From Marinicella sp. (GTDB lineage Bacteria; Pseudomonadota; Gammaproteobacteria; Xanthomonadales; Marinicellaceae), in the NCBI GenBank assembly GCA_965230295.1, contig OZ246001.1, positions 448,001 through 512,000 on the forward strand: a stretch of 64,000 nt of DNA. The letters run 5' to 3'. Positions 10,932 to 22,387 of this stretch are shown piece after piece (position 1 is the first letter of the stretch; each line of letters opens with the position of its first letter). Made by a program: the position numbers and the translations under genes. A model generated the notes under the pieces. It saw only the letters and a list, made by a program, of their open reading frames with translations, was not told where the DNA came from and did not search any database.

Positions 10932-11387
10932 TTACTCACAACTGTAAACACGTTTTAAGGTTTCATAAAGTGTTTGTTTGAATGCTTGTTTACTGATGAT
11001 GTTGGCATCCAGTTCATGTATGAGTTGTTCAATCACAACTTTTCTCGAGGTCTCTTCTGGCAAGCAAAACTTGGCATAGTAGGTGACTGGCAAAGTACCT
11101 CTGTTACCACCCACTCGGGTCTTGTATGCGCGTTGAAAAAATGAAGAAAACTCTTGTTTCTCTTTGGTAATATTTTCAATGATGGCTCTGTCAGTGATCA
11201 CTGCACCATCGATAAAACCATTGATGTATTCATAGCAGATACTGTCTTCCGGAATCACTTCACTGTCAATCAGATGAGAGCAGGATTTAACCAGCGCTTC
11301 TTCGGCACTTTCAGCATGCACCGATGACAGATTGGTGGTGAATAAAAATATAATTACCAAGCGCATAAACGGATCATTGAGTTTCAT
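10932..11387 (-). CDS. Rap1a/Tai-like exported immunity-family protein
   Basis: Signal peptide; C...CYEYINGFIDG...FCLP...YSC cysteine pattern as recalled for the Rap1a family. Confidence 0.6.
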   Translation of the reverse strand: MKLNDPFMRLVIIFLFTTNLSSVHAESAEEALVKSCSHLIDSEVIPEDSICYEYINGFIDGAVITDRAIIENITKEKQEFSSFFQRAYKTRVGGNRGTLPVTYYAKFCLPEETSRKVVIEQLIHELDANIISKQAFKQTLYETLKRVYSCE

Positions 11388-11575
11388 GTTGTGTCTTCCA
11401 CAATGTTAAAACAATAATGATAATCATACGCATGTAGACAAAATGTCAATTTTTTGAAAATATTTAGTTTTTTTCATCATAATTGGTTGCTCTGGTGATA
11501 ACTCTGGATTTATGCTCCTGCACAACCCGATAAGAATCAAAAAAAGACTCCATTTTCAGTGAAATATAATTATCG

Positions 11576-12646
11576 ATGATGACTACATTTGATCAATGGT
11601 TCCCAACCGTTAACCCAACCACCTGCTTTGGCTGTATTCGTACTCAGCCTGAAGACTTTCAAGTCTCAGAAATCAATGACCTCGCTTTCACCGAACAAGG
11701 GGAACATTGGTGGTTGTTCGTAGAAAAAGTCAACAGCAACACAGCCTGGGCAGCCAGCCAAATTGCCAGCGCTTGTAAAGTCCCTGCAAAACAAGTGGGT
11801 TATGCAGGACTGAAAGACCGCCATGCGGTGACTCGGCAATGGTTCAGTGTCCAGTTACCCAAAATCAGGGATTTGGCCGTTGTTAAAGGCAAGCTACCCA
11901 AAGAGCTTTCAGTGATTGACTCGCATTGGCATCAAAGCAAAATCAAACGTGGTCAATTAAAGGCCAACCAATTCACGCTGCGCATCAGAAACTTCACGGG
12001 TGATCAATCGCAAATTGAAGAAAACATCAAAGCAATCAGAAAACGCGGAGTTCCCAACTACTTTGGCCCTCAACGATTTGGACACGACATGGGTAACATT
12101 GACAAAGCACGCTCCTGGTTTGCAGGCGATATCAAAGTCAACAACAAGAACCAACGAAGTCTCTACATCTCAACTGCCCGCAGTCATATCTTCAACCAAA
12201 TCATAGCGCACAGGTTAGAGAATCAAATATGGGACCAAGTGCTTGAAGGTGACATCATCCAGCTTTCTGGCAGCCATTCTTGGTTTCATGAACGGGATGC
12301 CGAACAGGTTGAGTTGGTGACCAGACTGGCAAAATTTGATGTGCATATCACAGCGGCTTTATGGGGTGAGGATGCTGTGCAAAGCAATTTAATGTGTGCT
12401 GATATGGAAGGCAAAATTGCCAATGAACACCCTATTTACATAAAAGGACTCAAACAACACCGAGTCAAACAAGACCGACGGGCTGTGCGGCTGGTACCCA
12501 TGAACCTGGAACACCAATGGGTTGATGGCGACTTGTTGATCACCATGAAACTCGGCCCTGGTTCTTATGCCACCAGTGTCTTACGTGAAGTGCTGAATGT
12601 AACAGACGCGTCAGCCAATAAAAATGGAAACTCTGCGATCAATTGA
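11576..12646 (+). CDS. truD: tRNA pseudouridine(13) synthase TruD
   Basis: PEDFQVSE, GYAGLKDRHAVTRQW, GVPNYFGPQRFG, GSYAT. Confidence 0.96.
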   Translation: MMTTFDQWFPTVNPTTCFGCIRTQPEDFQVSEINDLAFTEQGEHWWLFVEKVNSNTAWAASQIASACKVPAKQVGYAGLKDRHAVTRQWFSVQLPKIRDLAVVKGKLPKELSVIDSHWHQSKIKRGQLKANQFTLRIRNFTGDQSQIEENIKAIRKRGVPNYFGPQRFGHDMGNIDKARSWFAGDIKVNNKNQRSLYISTARSHIFNQIIAHRLENQIWDQVLEGDIIQLSGSHSWFHERDAEQVELVTRLAKFDVHITAALWGEDAVQSNLMCADMEGKIANEHPIYIKGLKQHRVKQDRRAVRLVPMNLEHQWVDGDLLITMKLGPGSYATSVLREVLNVTDASANKNGNSAIN

Positions 12647-12697
12647 CAGTCGTCGGCTTTTTTGGAATGATGACTGAAACAAATTTGAGATAACATC

Positions 12698-13372
12698 ATG
12701 ACAGACACCATCGACCTGTATTCAGGACCACTCAGTATGTTCGGCATGAAAGCCCACATTGCCATCCTTGAAAAAGGAATACCGCATAAATTGATCATGG
12801 TGCCTTATTCTGATGCCCAAGGCTATTATCCAAAGCATCCAGAAGTTATCAGAATTAATCCCAAGCAACAAGTGCCCGTGTTGATTCATGCTGACATTGA
12901 ATTATTTGACTCAACACAAATATTCGAATACCTGGAAGACCTCAAACCAAAGCCTGCACTCTGGCCTGAACCACTGAATCTGAAAGCCAAGGCCAGACAA
13001 GTCGAACTGATGGCAGATGAGGTCTATTTTCCTCACGTTGTTAAATTAATGGGCTTACAAAATGATTTACAAGGTGAAGCTGCCTTAACAGCCATTGACG
13101 CTTGTCAGTCTTACTATGTACAAATGGAGTCTCAACTGGGAAATGGTGCTTTTTTAGTTGACCAATTGTCTTACGCCGACATCGCCTTTTTTATGGCACA
13201 GTTGTTTGGTGAACGAATGGGTGCACCGATTACAGAAAACACACCCAATTTATTGGCTTGGCGACTTAACATGATTGCGCGGCCTTCTGTTCGAAAAGCC
13301 TTGAAACCTTTGATTGGTTTTTTACATGGAGAAAACCGCCCTGTTCCCCCGGACATAGACCTACCCGGCTAA
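12698..13372 (+). CDS. glutathione S-transferase family protein
   Basis: INPKQQVPVL, FDSTQIFEYLED, LSYADIA. Confidence 0.9.
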   Translation: MTDTIDLYSGPLSMFGMKAHIAILEKGIPHKLIMVPYSDAQGYYPKHPEVIRINPKQQVPVLIHADIELFDSTQIFEYLEDLKPKPALWPEPLNLKAKARQVELMADEVYFPHVVKLMGLQNDLQGEAALTAIDACQSYYVQMESQLGNGAFLVDQLSYADIAFFMAQLFGERMGAPITENTPNLLAWRLNMIARPSVRKALKPLIGFLHGENRPVPPDIDLPG

Positions 13373-13394
13373 GAATGGAAATAATTGGTTTATA

Positions 13395-14213
13395 TCAATT
13401 CAGGTTGGTTGAAGTACAAATTGAGTTCCAGGCTTTTTCAGGCAAATCATTCAACAAAACATGCCCCCCGGAGAATTCATCGAGCATATAATCTTGATCA
13501 ATCACCCACCCACCGGCAATAAAATCTGGACGATCATTCAACACAGCTGCATAAAGGAAATCGACATTGCCCACTGAAACAAAAATGGGTATGACCCGAC
13601 TGGCATTACTTGGCGTATAACCATTGGGCGCTGCATATTGATCTAAATCACCGGCACTGACCGCATAAGCAGCAAAATAATCGGCATTGTTTAATGCAAT
13701 GGCATGCATCACATGCCCACCTCCTGAAAAGCCCCAAACATACCGGCGGGAGGTTTCGATGTTGTATGCCGACTCCATGTCGGTAAAAATGCTGGCAAGA
13801 ATCTGGGAGTCCACCCCATAGACCCAACCTCCATCATCACCTGTTGACACCTGAGACACCACAATAAAGCGATTTTCTTCCGCTTCTGCTTGCCACAAGT
13901 TGCGCATATCCAGTGCCGCAGCTGTTGCGTTGCCAGCTCCTGCTGTTCCATGCCAGACCACCATGATCGGCATGGCTTCAGCAGCAGCATAACTACTTGG
14001 CACATAGATATAGTAAGTATAATTTCCCAACACAGTCCTTTGCTGTAGGCCGGGGAATGTACCACCTGATCCATTGGACGGCACTGAGTCATTCTCATTG
14101 CTGTCAGCGAAAATCATGTCGGGACATTGATTGATACTGGGCACTGTGGCCACTGATTGGGTGAACCAAGCCAAACTACAAATCAATACCAAAAAACATT
14201 CAGTCTTTTTCAA
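13395..14213 (-). CDS. secreted alpha/beta hydrolase (PHB depolymerase/esterase-like)
   Basis: Signal peptide, [19 protein letters not shown] nucleophile elbow, GGH; TTG start overlaps the parC end. Confidence 0.75.
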   Translation of the reverse strand: MKKTECFLVLICSLAWFTQSVATVPSINQCPDMIFADSNENDSVPSNGSGGTFPGLQQRTVLGNYTYYIYVPSSYAAAEAMPIMVVWHGTAGAGNATAAALDMRNLWQAEAEENRFIVVSQVSTGDDGGWVYGVDSQILASIFTDMESAYNIETSRRYVWGFSGGGHVMHAIALNNADYFAAYAVSAGDLDQYAAPNGYTPSNASRVIPIFVSVGNVDFLYAAVLNDRPDFIAGGWVIDQDYMLDEFSGGHVLLNDLPEKAWNSICTSTNLN

Positions 14214-16440
14214 TTTCTACGCGATCCACATTTCTAAAACCTTGTGGTAACACTAAACCACGTTTAGCCCGGTGTCCAACGTAATTGACCAAATCCTTCC
14301 ATTTAAACCTGATGTAACGAGCTCCAGCATGAACCAAAAACGAATCTTCAGGGGTAATGACCAAAGTGGCCGCTAATTTTTCCTCTCCCGATTTCAAACG
14401 TTTGGCTGGAATGTTGATCAGTTTATTGCCCTTGCCTTTGGCCAGTTCTGGCAACTCTTCTAACGGAAATACCAACATGTATCCTGCAGACGTGATGCAG
14501 ACCACATGGGCATCTGGTAATTTCTCTATCCAGGTGGGCTTCATCGCACTGAATCCTTTGGGCACGCTCAATACATGCTTGCCCGCTTTCATTTTACTGT
14601 AGAGGTTTTCCATCACCCCATGGTAACCATAGCCGGCATCCGAACACATCAGAAGGCGGGCATTGGGTAATTGACAAGTGACAGCAATGGGCAATAGATT
14701 ATTTTTGAAATTGAATTTCGTGGTCAGTGGTTCACCTTGTCCACGTGCCGATGGCATGGTGTGCGTGGGCAAACTGAAAGCACGTCCATCAGATGACAAA
14801 AACACTGAAGTTAAATTACTGCGCCCATGGGCATGATCCAGATATTCGTCACCGGCTTTGTAGTTGAGTGCGGTCGGGTCAATTTCATGACCTTTGGCGG
14901 CCCTGACCCAACCAGCCAATGACAGGATAATGGTACTGGGCTCACTGGGAACCAGTTTGGTTTCATCAAAGACCTGGGCGGCCTCGCGTTCGGCTATTTG
15001 GGTTTTGCGTTCATCGCCATACTTTTCCATGTCCGCCTTGAGTTCATTGCGAATCAGGGTTTTCATGCGCGCTCTGGACAACAAAATCCCTTCAATTTCT
15101 TCTTTTTCCGCTTGTAATTCAATTTGCTCTGTGCGGATTTTCATTTCTTCCAGACGGGCCAAATTCCTCAATCGGGTATCCAAAATGGCATCAGCCTGGA
15201 TTTCTGACAGTTTGAATGTTTTGATTAACTCTTGTTTCGGGTGGTCTTCTTCCCTGATGATGCGGATCACTTCATCCAAGTCTAAATAAGCAATCAACAA
15301 CCCTGCCAATATATGTAACCGGGCATCCACCTTATCCAACCTGAATTGCAAGCGTCGGCGCACAGTTTCGGTACGAAAACGCAACCACTCCTGGAGGATC
15401 ATTTTCAGGTTTTTGACCTGAGGCCTGCGATCCAAACCGATGACATTTAAGTTGGCTTTGTAGGTTTTCTCTAAGTCTGTTGTGGAAAACAGGTGCAACA
15501 TCAACGCATCAAAATCAACGCGGTTGGAACGTGCTGTGATCACCAATCGGACGGGGTTTTCATGATCTGACTCATCACGCAAGTCACTGACCATCGGCAG
15601 TTTCTTGGCCCGCATTTGGCTGGCGATTTGTTCCAGCACTTTACTGCCTGAAGCCTGGTGAGGCAAAGCTGAAATGATGATGTCGTTGCCATCCCTTTCA
15701 TACACTGCACGCATGCGAATACCACCGTGCCCGGTTTCATACATTTTCAGTATATCCGCTTTCGGCGTGATGATTTCAGCCTGGGTGGGGTAATCAGGTG
15801 CCTGGATGAATTCGCACAAGTCAGCCACTTCGGCTTTGGGGTTATCCAACAAATGCAAAGTGGCTTGTGCCACTTCGGTTAAATTGTGCGGTGGTACATC
15901 CGTGGCCATCCCAACAGCGATGCCTGATGCGCCATTGAGCAAAACATTAGGTAAACGTGCTGGTAACCACAAGGGTTCTTCCATGGTGCCATCAAAATTG
16001 GGACCCCACTCAACCGTACCATGCGGTAACTCAGACAACAACGTTTTGGCATAGGGTGTCAGTCTCGACTCTGTGTAACGCATGGCAGCAAACGATTTGG
16101 GGTCATCAGGCGAGCCAAAATTACCTTGTCCATCAACCAAAGGATAACGGTATGAAAAACCTTGCGCCATCAACACCATGGCTTCATAACAAGCCGAATC
16201 ACCGTGTGGGTGAAACTTACCAATCACATCACCAATGGTACGTGCCGATTTTTTGTGTTTTGATTGGGCTGAAAGCCCTAATTCACTCATCGCATACACT
16301 ATCCTCCGTTGAACCGGCTTCAGACCATCACCCACAAAAGGTAAGGCCCGATCCAACACCACATACATGGAATAATCCAAGTAGGAACGTTCGGCGTATT
16401 CGCCCATCGAGATGGTTTCGAAATCCATGGATTGCGTCAT
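14200..16440 (-). CDS. parC: DNA topoisomerase IV subunit A
   Basis: [34 protein letters not shown]. Confidence 0.97.
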   Translation of the reverse strand: MTQSMDFETISMGEYAERSYLDYSMYVVLDRALPFVGDGLKPVQRRIVYAMSELGLSAQSKHKKSARTIGDVIGKFHPHGDSACYEAMVLMAQGFSYRYPLVDGQGNFGSPDDPKSFAAMRYTESRLTPYAKTLLSELPHGTVEWGPNFDGTMEEPLWLPARLPNVLLNGASGIAVGMATDVPPHNLTEVAQATLHLLDNPKAEVADLCEFIQAPDYPTQAEIITPKADILKMYETGHGGIRMRAVYERDGNDIIISALPHQASGSKVLEQIASQMRAKKLPMVSDLRDESDHENPVRLVITARSNRVDFDALMLHLFSTTDLEKTYKANLNVIGLDRRPQVKNLKMILQEWLRFRTETVRRRLQFRLDKVDARLHILAGLLIAYLDLDEVIRIIREEDHPKQELIKTFKLSEIQADAILDTRLRNLARLEEMKIRTEQIELQAEKEEIEGILLSRARMKTLIRNELKADMEKYGDERKTQIAEREAAQVFDETKLVPSEPSTIILSLAGWVRAAKGHEIDPTALNYKAGDEYLDHAHGRSNLTSVFLSSDGRAFSLPTHTMPSARGQGEPLTTKFNFKNNLLPIAVTCQLPNARLLMCSDAGYGYHGVMENLYSKMKAGKHVLSVPKGFSAMKPTWIEKLPDAHVVCITSAGYMLVFPLEELPELAKGKGNKLINIPAKRLKSGEEKLAATLVITPEDSFLVHAGARYIRFKWKDLVNYVGHRAKRGLVLPQGFRNVDRVEIEKD

Positions 16441-16740
16441 AAAAAATGCGTCATTTTTAAAGCTTGAGATTTTAACATTGCCACAACTAAATGTGACAAA
16501 GATTGACCAGAAAGGTCAATTAAAAAAAGGCCAGAGCTTGTTAAAAGACCCCAGATGAATTGATCGATGGAAATCACTGAGGTTTGAACGGTATGACTCG
16601 GGTTTAAATTGGGTTAAATAAGATCAATTCACTGGTTTAGCTGCATGAACAGTTCAATTGACTGCACAATTAAATCATCCATTTGAAAATACGAAACACA
16701 TCGTTTAATATATTTAGTCCATTCGATTTGAGAGGCACAG

Positions 16741-17841
16741 ATGACAAAGATATCTTTTTGGGTGCTGATTTTATTGGCCGTCAACGGTCAAGCAGCGCTG
16801 TACGATGCATATGAAATCAACACAGTGACCCAATCTCCACAGACACAAGAACTCAGTCAAAACTACATTCACAATTATTTCACCACAGCAAAACCGGAAT
16901 CAGTCATTGATCAATTGATGAAGGCCAACATTTCACCATTGGAACGTGAATACATTCTGTATCAACTGCTAACCGAAATTTCGCAACACCCGCCACAACA
17001 CTTTCACCAACCATTTGTTGACTTGATGAAGTCTTACTCCACTGAAGCCTACATCATGGCTGATGAAGGACCACATCCAAACGCCATATTCAATCTCGTT
17101 GGTAAAGCCCATGGCATAGAAAACATCTGGTTGGCATACCGTACCGAACAAAATTTTAATCAGTTGTTCAATGAAAATCTACCGCAAGCCATGACAGCCA
17201 TTGGCAACATCATTGCAGCAAACACTGCACAAAGAAGACCTCAGTGGCTGGGCGTAAAGAACAGCATAGCAGCCATGTCCCCGGAGCAATTGACTGACTT
17301 GAGTGAACACCTTCGCACCCGAATAAAAATCAATGCCGGCCTCGATCAACTGATCAGCCATGTGGGCTTGCAAACCGCCAATTTAGATTTGATTGATAAA
17401 GCGCTGAATTCCAACCAACAAGCCGTGCGAGAATTCACATTGCGTCATTTAAATGACTTTATTCAGCCAGCAACAGCCAAACAAATATTATTGGAGAATG
17501 CCGCCGCTTCTGCTGATGCCAAATTCAGCACATCTTTACTGGCTCAATACACCAATGACAATGATGTACAGGACTTTTTATTGGGTGAATTAAAAAATAA
17601 ACAAACCGCCAACCAGGCTGCTTTTGCCTTGAGTCAGTCTACTGATAACTCTTTACCGGAGAGGCTTAAGCGACAGTTTTTTAAATCACCCACTTCATCT
17701 GAAAAGAACCATATTTTATTGGCCTTAAAACTGAACAAATCAGATGTGGCACAATTGGCTTTGGAGGACATACAAAGGCAACTTCCAACTGAATCAGCCG
17801 CCAATCAATGGCTTAAATCCTTTACCGGAGGTGAACAATGA
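16741..17841 (+). CDS. secreted alpha-helical (HEAT-like) hypothetical protein
   Basis: Signal peptide; helical repeats (AAFALSQ, ILLALKL); ATGA overlap with the peptidase gene. Confidence 0.7.
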   Translation: MTKISFWVLILLAVNGQAALYDAYEINTVTQSPQTQELSQNYIHNYFTTAKPESVIDQLMKANISPLEREYILYQLLTEISQHPPQHFHQPFVDLMKSYSTEAYIMADEGPHPNAIFNLVGKAHGIENIWLAYRTEQNFNQLFNENLPQAMTAIGNIIAANTAQRRPQWLGVKNSIAAMSPEQLTDLSEHLRTRIKINAGLDQLISHVGLQTANLDLIDKALNSNQQAVREFTLRHLNDFIQPATAKQILLENAAASADAKFSTSLLAQYTNDNDVQDFLLGELKNKQTANQAAFALSQSTDNSLPERLKRQFFKSPTSSEKNHILLALKLNKSDVAQLALEDIQRQLPTESAANQWLKSFTGGEQ

Positions 17842-20465
17842 ACAAGTTGAAGTTATTGACCCTCATCATCCTGACAGTGCTTTTTGCCAACTTCAGTGCG
17901 GCCCAAAGCATCACCCCTTGGACCGAGCAAAACAGTACATTGGGATTGGGCTACCCAGTACCCATTCCAGTGAACACCCCGGAACCATTTGATGGTTTCA
18001 GAACTTATGAAGGCTTGTTCGCGAAACACCAGGAACTGGCCTTGAACAATCCATACATCACCGGGCAAATCGTAGGCCAAACCGTTTATGATCGAGACAT
18101 ATGGGCCTATGTCCTCAGCGATGAAGACAACAACACCAAGTTCGGCGTTAAAGAAGGCGCCATGCTCATCAATGGAGGAATTCATGCCCGAGAGTGGCAA
18201 TCACCAGAAACACTGACACAAATCATCACCACATTCAATGACAACAGCGAAGACAACTCGTTCTATCAGTATTTGTTAGAGAATGCCACCATCATCACCA
18301 TTCCCAGTAATAACATTGATGGCTTTTTACAAACCCAAAGGTTTCCCAGAGAGAATTGGTATTCAAATAATATCGGCCCCAGAGATGGTCGCATGCGGCG
18401 CAAAAACTTGCTTAACACAGATGAAGTGTTGACCACTCAAAACGATTTTTTGAATGGCGTTGATCTGAATCGTAACAACAACCCGTATTGGGCCACGACT
18501 GCCAACCTGCCCAACCCCAGATCATCAAATGATCCAACATCAATCGTATATCACGGCCCATTTGTTCATTCTGAACCTGAAACATTGGCCAGATTGGCAG
18601 CTGCCGACTTGGTCGATGCCGATCAATTAAGGGTTTATACCGATGTCCACTCCTTCTCACTGGTTCACTTTTCCGGACTCACTTTCAACCAAAACCGCAA
18701 CGCCATCCAAACCAGAATGCTCGGCAACTTCAGCCGCTTTCACCGTCAATTACCTGGCGCCAGAAACTATGTCGACTTGCCAAGTCAGGCAGGTTTTGGA
18801 ATCGGTTCAACGGATGAATACTTTGCCACAACCTATGAAATACCTTCATGGACCCTTGAAATAGAGCCGTCTAATATTTTCCAAAACGACGTACATCCTG
18901 AATTGCCAGGCTACGGTGCCGACTATGGTGGTTTTGCCAACAACGGTCATGATGGTTTTATCCTGCCCGACTCTGAAATTAAACGGGTCAGGGAAAATTT
19001 AGCTGAAGCCTTCATGGTGGCTTGGTATGGCCAGGCGGGTCCACCATCAATCACTCAAATGAGAATCATTGATAAAAGCAACAACAGCATCGTTTTTGAT
19101 GCTGAATGGGACGTCAATAATTCAGGGTCACGCGATTTATTCACCCATGCCTATGACGAATTGTTGTCAGGCCATGATTATTCATTGTTGGTCAGGTTTG
19201 ATAAACCCATGCGTTACCGCGACAATAATGGCACCGTCACTTCGTTACCTGGTCAGACTACAATTTTGAATCCCGTGATTCAAGCCACTCACGATGGAGA
19301 AACCGTTGATTTGAATTTAACCAACCATCGTTGGATCAATGAAAAAAGCAGCAACTGGGAAAGTTATGGTTTTTATCAAGATGACACCGTGGTGGTCGAC
19401 TTCAATATCGACCCCAGTATCAACGCCGCAGATGATGCCGAGCTGACCTGGAGAATCATCACCACCGATATGGTCGGCCAGAACACAGACGCCAACCCTG
19501 CATCCATCATCACTTGGTCTGGTGGAACCTGGATCAACTATGAAGACACCAATGGCAACCCGTCCATCAACGGCGGCTTTGACACCACCATCGTTGTCAC
19601 CGTCAGTAACCAAGATGCGGGGCCTGAAATGACCTACCCATTGACAGCGTTGTATTTTGATCCCGGCCGTTCAGGAGAAGGGTTCAACATTGAAATTCTT
19701 GACAACAACAATTCGCTGATGCAGTGGTATACATACGATGAAAATGGTGGGCCACAGTGGTTACTTGCCACCAACCCCATTGCTGCCACCAACGCCTTGT
19801 TCTTCCCGACAGTACTCAGTGCTTCTGGTGGTGTCTTTGGTCCCGACTTTGATCCGGCTGCGATTGAACTGTCAGCCAGTGGTTCTGTAGAAATGATATT
19901 TTCAACTGTTGACTTGGGTGGTGGTAACATCAGCCATGTAGGAAACATGAAATACACCTACCCTGACGGGCGGAAATTCCGCACCACATTGCAACCCGTA
20001 GCAGCTGCAACGGGTATCTATTCGCTCAGTGAATTAGGTAATGTAGATCCGCCTGAGCCCGCTTTAAGTGCCGCCAGCTTGATTGGTTCCTGGTTTGACC
20101 CCACTCGCAACGGTGAAGGCTTCCATATCCAGGAAACGGTCAATGGCAATGCCGTCATGCTATGGTACAGCTATGGCCTGAATGGCGGGCAAGACTGGTT
20201 TATTGGCAGTGGTGGTGTGGTCACAGAATTGTTTGATGAGGTCAACATCAGTTTCAACGAAGTTTATCAAGTAAGAGGTGGTGTGTTCGGTGCAGATTTC
20301 AATGCCAACAACATCGTACCTGAATTGTGGGGATCGGTTGAATTGAACTTGCAATGTACATCAGGACGTTTCGACTTCAATGCATTGGATTCAGAATATG
20401 GCAGTGGTAGTTATTCAGTGGTACCGATCACCAGGCCGGTAGCCAACAATGCCATATGTGAATAA
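17838..20465 (+). CDS. secreted M14 zinc carboxypeptidase with tandem C-terminal domains
   Basis: GIHAREW, RRKN, GVDLNRN, DVHS and TLEIEP motifs; signal peptide. Confidence 0.88.
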   Translation: MNKLKLLTLIILTVLFANFSAAQSITPWTEQNSTLGLGYPVPIPVNTPEPFDGFRTYEGLFAKHQELALNNPYITGQIVGQTVYDRDIWAYVLSDEDNNTKFGVKEGAMLINGGIHAREWQSPETLTQIITTFNDNSEDNSFYQYLLENATIITIPSNNIDGFLQTQRFPRENWYSNNIGPRDGRMRRKNLLNTDEVLTTQNDFLNGVDLNRNNNPYWATTANLPNPRSSNDPTSIVYHGPFVHSEPETLARLAAADLVDADQLRVYTDVHSFSLVHFSGLTFNQNRNAIQTRMLGNFSRFHRQLPGARNYVDLPSQAGFGIGSTDEYFATTYEIPSWTLEIEPSNIFQNDVHPELPGYGADYGGFANNGHDGFILPDSEIKRVRENLAEAFMVAWYGQAGPPSITQMRIIDKSNNSIVFDAEWDVNNSGSRDLFTHAYDELLSGHDYSLLVRFDKPMRYRDNNGTVTSLPGQTTILNPVIQATHDGETVDLNLTNHRWINEKSSNWESYGFYQDDTVVVDFNIDPSINAADDAELTWRIITTDMVGQNTDANPASIITWSGGTWINYEDTNGNPSINGGFDTTIVVTVSNQDAGPEMTYPLTALYFDPGRSGEGFNIEILDNNNSLMQWYTYDENGGPQWLLATNPIAATNALFFPTVLSASGGVFGPDFDPAAIELSASGSVEMIFSTVDLGGGNISHVGNMKYTYPDGRKFRTTLQPVAAATGIYSLSELGNVDPPEPALSAASLIGSWFDPTRNGEGFHIQETVNGNAVMLWYSYGLNGGQDWFIGSGGVVTELFDEVNISFNEVYQVRGGVFGADFNANNIVPELWGSVELNLQCTSGRFDFNALDSEYGSGSYSVVPITRPVANNAICE

Positions 20466-20472
20466 CCGGATA

Positions 20473-20500
20473 AAAAGCCCTTGAAGAAAAACAAGGGCTT
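20473..20500. terminator. bidirectional terminator
   Basis: AAAGCCCTTG...CAAGGGCTTT between convergent genes. Confidence 0.7.
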
Positions 20501-20504
20501 TGCT

Positions 20505-21419
20505 TTATGAGGCTTGTGCTGCGATTAAGGCCATCAACTGCTCTTCTGGCTGGATCTTTGAAGCACCAATCAACTCATCTAAATGTGTCACTGAAGTGGT
20601 TCCAACTAAGGCAGAGCAGAAATCAGCCGAATGTAATACAAATGCCAAGGCCAATTGCACGGCACTACCGGTTTCTTGATCGTTTAAAAAATAATAACGT
20701 TTGGCTTGTTGCAATAATGAACGGTTGTTTTTATAAGCCCTTAACCAATACCAAACAGACTTCAAACCACGAAACTTTTTAAAGCGGCGGTCATACAAGC
20801 CACCGGCAATGGCCCCTGCCACCAAAACATCTATTTTTTGTTGCTTTAAATCATGCATGGTGTCTTTGCGGTGTTGAAGCAAAATGCTGTAATCGAGCAT
20901 GATGCACTGGAATTGTTGGCTGTCTGCAGCTGTTTTGATGATGTCATCGTTGAAAGAATTAACACCCACCATCCCCACTTTACCCGTTTGCTGTAAATCT
21001 GTAAGGACTCGGTATGTCTCATCATTAAAGTCTTCAGGATTGGGGCCGTGTAAAAACAGCATGGGTAGGTGGTCAATTTGTAACCTTTGCAGCGATTGCT
21101 CACAAGATTGTTTGATCCACTGTGGAGAAAAATCCTTGTGTAAGCGACCCATAGTACCCACCCGTGTACCCACTTTACTGCTGACCACCAAATTGTCTTT
21201 ATCTGCTACTTGTTGTAACGCCTTTCCCAAACGTTTTTCAGCATGGCCACCAGAATAACTGTGGCCAGTATCCAGATAAGTAATACCTTGTTCAATGGCA
21301 TGATGAACCACCTTTATGGCCTGGCGTTCTGAAAAATACTTTTGTCCCCAGTAGCTGGCACAACCTAAACCAATCTCGGACAATTTGAGATCACTGTTTT
21401 GCAGCTGGCGGTACTTCAT
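20505..21419 (-). CDS. aldo/keto reductase
   Basis: [26 protein letters not shown]...LH, GVNS. Confidence 0.9.
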   Translation of the reverse strand: MKYRQLQNSDLKLSEIGLGCASYWGQKYFSERQAIKVVHHAIEQGITYLDTGHSYSGGHAEKRLGKALQQVADKDNLVVSSKVGTRVGTMGRLHKDFSPQWIKQSCEQSLQRLQIDHLPMLFLHGPNPEDFNDETYRVLTDLQQTGKVGMVGVNSFNDDIIKTAADSQQFQCIMLDYSILLQHRKDTMHDLKQQKIDVLVAGAIAGGLYDRRFKKFRGLKSVWYWLRAYKNNRSLLQQAKRYYFLNDQETGSAVQLALAFVLHSADFCSALVGTTSVTHLDELIGASKIQPEEQLMALIAAQAS

Positions 21420-22324
21420 TTTATCCAGTCAATCGGTTTTAGGTACTCACTGAGTCGGGCTTCCTGAGTGCCTGATTTTGGTTGGTAATTGTAACGAAAA
21501 GACACTTCAGGAGGCAAAGACATGAGAATCGATTCAGTCCGGCCACCAGATTGCAGGCCAAACAAGGTTCCACGATCATAAACCAAATTGAACTCAACAT
21601 AACGACCACGGCGGTACTTTTGGAATTGTTTGTGTTCATCATCAAACACACTGTGCATGTGTTTTTTCACTATCGGTATGTAAGCCTCACAATAGGCATT
21701 CCCAATGGCTTTTAAGAAAGCGAAACAGGTATCAAACCCCCACTCATTCAAGTCATCAAAAAACAAGCCGCCCACACCCCTGGTTTCTTTTCTATGCTTT
21801 AAATAAAAATACTCATCACACCATTTCTTATATTGAGGGTAGACCTCATCACCAAAAGGCTTACAAGCATCATGAGCCACCTGGTGCCAGTGTTCAACAT
21901 CTTCATCGAAAGGATAAAATGGTGTCAGATCAAAACCGCCACCAAACCACCAATGCACGGTCCCATCACCTTTAGGCTTGGTACGAAACACCCTGACATT
22001 GGCATGTGAGGTGGGAATGAAAGGGTTGTCTGGATGCACCACCAGCGACACACCTGAGGCTTCAAAACCCTGACCGGACATCTCAGGTCTCTTGGCAGTT
22101 GCGGCAACTGGTAACTGGTCACCTTTAACGTGTGAGAAGTTAACCCCAGCTTGTTCAAAGACATCACCTGAGAGAACCCTGGTTCTGCCGCCACCTCCGC
22201 TGTCATGTTGCCAGGCATCTTGCTTGAATTGATGATGTCCTTCAATCGCTTCCAACTGCTGACAAATGCTGTCTTGCAACGATTTCAAATAGTCAATCAC
22301 TGCTTCAAATTGCTCATCATTCAT
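21416..22324 (-). CDS. hemF: oxygen-dependent coproporphyrinogen III oxidase
   Basis: [41 protein letters not shown]. Confidence 0.97.
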   Translation of the reverse strand: MNDEQFEAVIDYLKSLQDSICQQLEAIEGHHQFKQDAWQHDSGGGGRTRVLSGDVFEQAGVNFSHVKGDQLPVAATAKRPEMSGQGFEASGVSLVVHPDNPFIPTSHANVRVFRTKPKGDGTVHWWFGGGFDLTPFYPFDEDVEHWHQVAHDACKPFGDEVYPQYKKWCDEYFYLKHRKETRGVGGLFFDDLNEWGFDTCFAFLKAIGNAYCEAYIPIVKKHMHSVFDDEHKQFQKYRRGRYVEFNLVYDRGTLFGLQSGGRTESILMSLPPEVSFRYNYQPKSGTQEARLSEYLKPIDWIK

Positions 22325-22387
22325 AGGTTGTAACAGATTTGTTTTTGAATTGGATCATTATCAATCGGAAAGCAGAACAAGTCCAGC

